A DNA stretch of 64,000 bases from the human T2T-CHM13v2.0 reference genome, Homo sapiens, in assembly GCF_009914755.1 (NCBI RefSeq), contig NC_060935.1; one strand, written 5' to 3'. The notes under the pieces were generated by a model. The model had not been told where the DNA came from, made no database searches, and was given only the letters and a program-made list of their open reading frames with translations. This document shows, one piece after another, positions 53,520 to 64,000 of the stretch; the first letter of the stretch is position 1; every line of letters starts with the position of its first letter. Position numbers and translations under genes: made by a program.

Positions 53520-55240
53520 GCTGAACTGCAGCCTCCTGAGTCTTGCTCTGTCTGTTGGCCGCACTGGGTACCTCAGGGCACCAGGACACATGCCGCCCCA
53601 GTCCTGCTGGTTGGTGGGGGTCTGTGGGCAGAGGGCCCCTGCCTGGACAGGGCAGCACAGGCCTTTCTCCAGGGTCTTGGCCAGTCCGGCCGGCCAAAGC
53701 CCGGATGTCCTGGTGAGGTGGAGAGGGGATGACATCCTGGGTAGCCAGCAGGGATTGGGGTCTAAGATCTGGGCTCAGGGGTGTGGGGCAGTGAAGCCCC
53801 TGTTGCCCCGCCCCCACCCTCTCCCAGGGCACTGTCTTCTCTCTGTTCACATCCTCCTCCTACTCATCTCCCCTCCCTCCTTGAGGTTGAGCCCCCTCCC
53901 CAGGGAGTTCTCAGCCTGGCGGGGCATCACTTAATGCCAGGGGTTGCCAGGAGAGGTGGGAGGGACGCTGGCTCTCTGACCAGGGCCTCTAGCCTGATGC
54001 CTGAGAGGCGGGGCAATTCGGCTGGGGTGCAGGATGTGAGTCAGGGTACCTGGGGCCACCCAGGGGAGGGTGGAGCTGCCCAGGGCTGAGATAAGGCAGC
54101 CTGAACTTGGGGGGTGCAGAGCTGGGAGGGACGGTCCGTCCGGCCTCCCAGGTGTGACCTGCAGCAGCTTGAGTTCCTCCTCCTCTCAGCCAGGGCTTCA
54201 CAGGACAGGGGCGTGGGGTGGACACCCTGGCCTCTCCAGCTGGCAGAGGAGCTGAGAGCCCCTCCCACCGGCCTCAGGGTGTGGGGCCTCATGGCTGTCC
54301 CACTCTGCTAGGTGGCCCCATTGGTGGTCAGGAAGGGAAAGGCAGGAAGAAGACGGAGCAGGGGCTCAGGAGGACCAGTCAGCAGGGGCCCTGGGCCTCA
54401 TGGGGAGAGGGGGCAGCCCCGTGTGGCACTGACATCTCTTCTTGAGGCCTGCTCAGGGCTCTAAGCTGGGTACTGCACCAGGCTAGGAGACAACAGGAGC
54501 AGAACACGTGAGGTGCGCATGGCACCTGGTGGGCTCTGCACGGTGACTGGGGGCTGAAGTGCTTCTGCAGGCCCCCCCGACAGAAAGCTGGTCAGAAAAC
54601 TGGCCACTCCTCTCCTTGCCATGGGGTCCCAGGCCGGGCTCCAGCCCCCTCTTGGTGATGAGGCTCCTCCTTGCAAAGGCCAGTCCTCTGGGGAGAGGGG
54701 CCCTGCTGGCCACCCCCAGGACGATGGAGTGGGGTGGGCTCCACTGCCTGAGAGTTGGGTGACTTCCAGGATCCAGACCCCCTCTCAGCCTGCCCAGCAC
54801 CAGGCACCTCGTCCCCCACCTTGGGGCACAGACTCCTAATGTCCTCCAGCCACTGGCTGCAGCCGGCATTCCCGGGCAGATTCCTGGCTTGGGGACTAAT
54901 GCCCCAGAGGCTCCAGGTTACCCACGGGCTCAGGGATGGCTCCCACGGGGTGTTTCCAGTTCCCGGGAGAGTCGAGTAAGGTCCCGGAGCGCACGGCCCT
55001 GAGGCCTGGCCTGGGGGCTCGGGAGACAGGGCGGCCCCAGCCGGCCGCCCACCGGCAGCCCGGCGCTGTCACGTTCCAGCCGCCTGACTCAGGCCGCGCA
55101 GGGCGGGGAGCCGGGAGGCGGTGCCGGCGCCCGCCTCGGCCCCGGAGGCGGCACCAGGAAGCGCCCGCCCCGGCCGGAGCCGCCATGTAACCGGCGCCGC
55201 CCGGAGCCCGAGCCGCGCGGGCCCCAGCGACCCGCCCGCC

Positions 55241-63667
<8,427 letters not shown>

Positions 63668-64000
63668 TAGGAAAAGCAAAGAATTAACTCTGCCTTCTTT
63701 TTGCATTTCTTCAGTAGCTCCCCTTGCAGAAGAAGCCAAAGTCCGGCTTGAAAGGGAGGAATAAGGTTTTTTTCCTCAGCGGATAGAGTTGGATTCTCAT
63801 AAGCTAAGCGTGAACTCAGGCCACACTTTCAATATATTCATTGGTCCTTTCAGTGCCTTCAGCCCTTGGCACCTGGGGAGGAATAAGTGGTCACTCTGAT
63901 GAGAAAGTTGGGGTCACAGGCTGGTGGGGACAGACATGGCCCCAAGTGATTATAAAACCAGGTGGAATAAAAAGTGTCCACACATCCTGTGTGTACCAGA

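Overview
Human genomic DNA, recognisable as the chr11q13.1 cluster. In order it holds: the last exon of CATSPERZ/TEX40; the complete ESRRA gene (423 aa); TRMT112 (125 aa, minus strand, tail-to-tail with ESRRA); PRDX5 (214 aa, head-to-head with TRMT112); an ~18 kb Alu-dense intergenic gap; the complete CCDC88B gene (27 coding exons, 1476 aa, with an intronic MIR7155 hairpin); and coding exons 1-9 of RPS6KA4/MSK2. I rebuilt every exon chain by hand from GT/AG sites, and the four complete genes add up to the expected protein lengths. I found no new gene system. The best leads are sub-genic: minisatellites built from CCDC88B splice sites, a 241-codon alternative frame through the CCDC88B terminal exons, a Kozak-context start-stop element in the RPS6KA4 leader, uORFs in the ESRRA leader, an intronic source for the historical long ERRalpha N-terminus, strand-biased TTTGCA/octamer clusters, and a nearly spacer-less inverted Alu pair. 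Gene names, variant identities and repeat family names come from recall and were not checked against databases.
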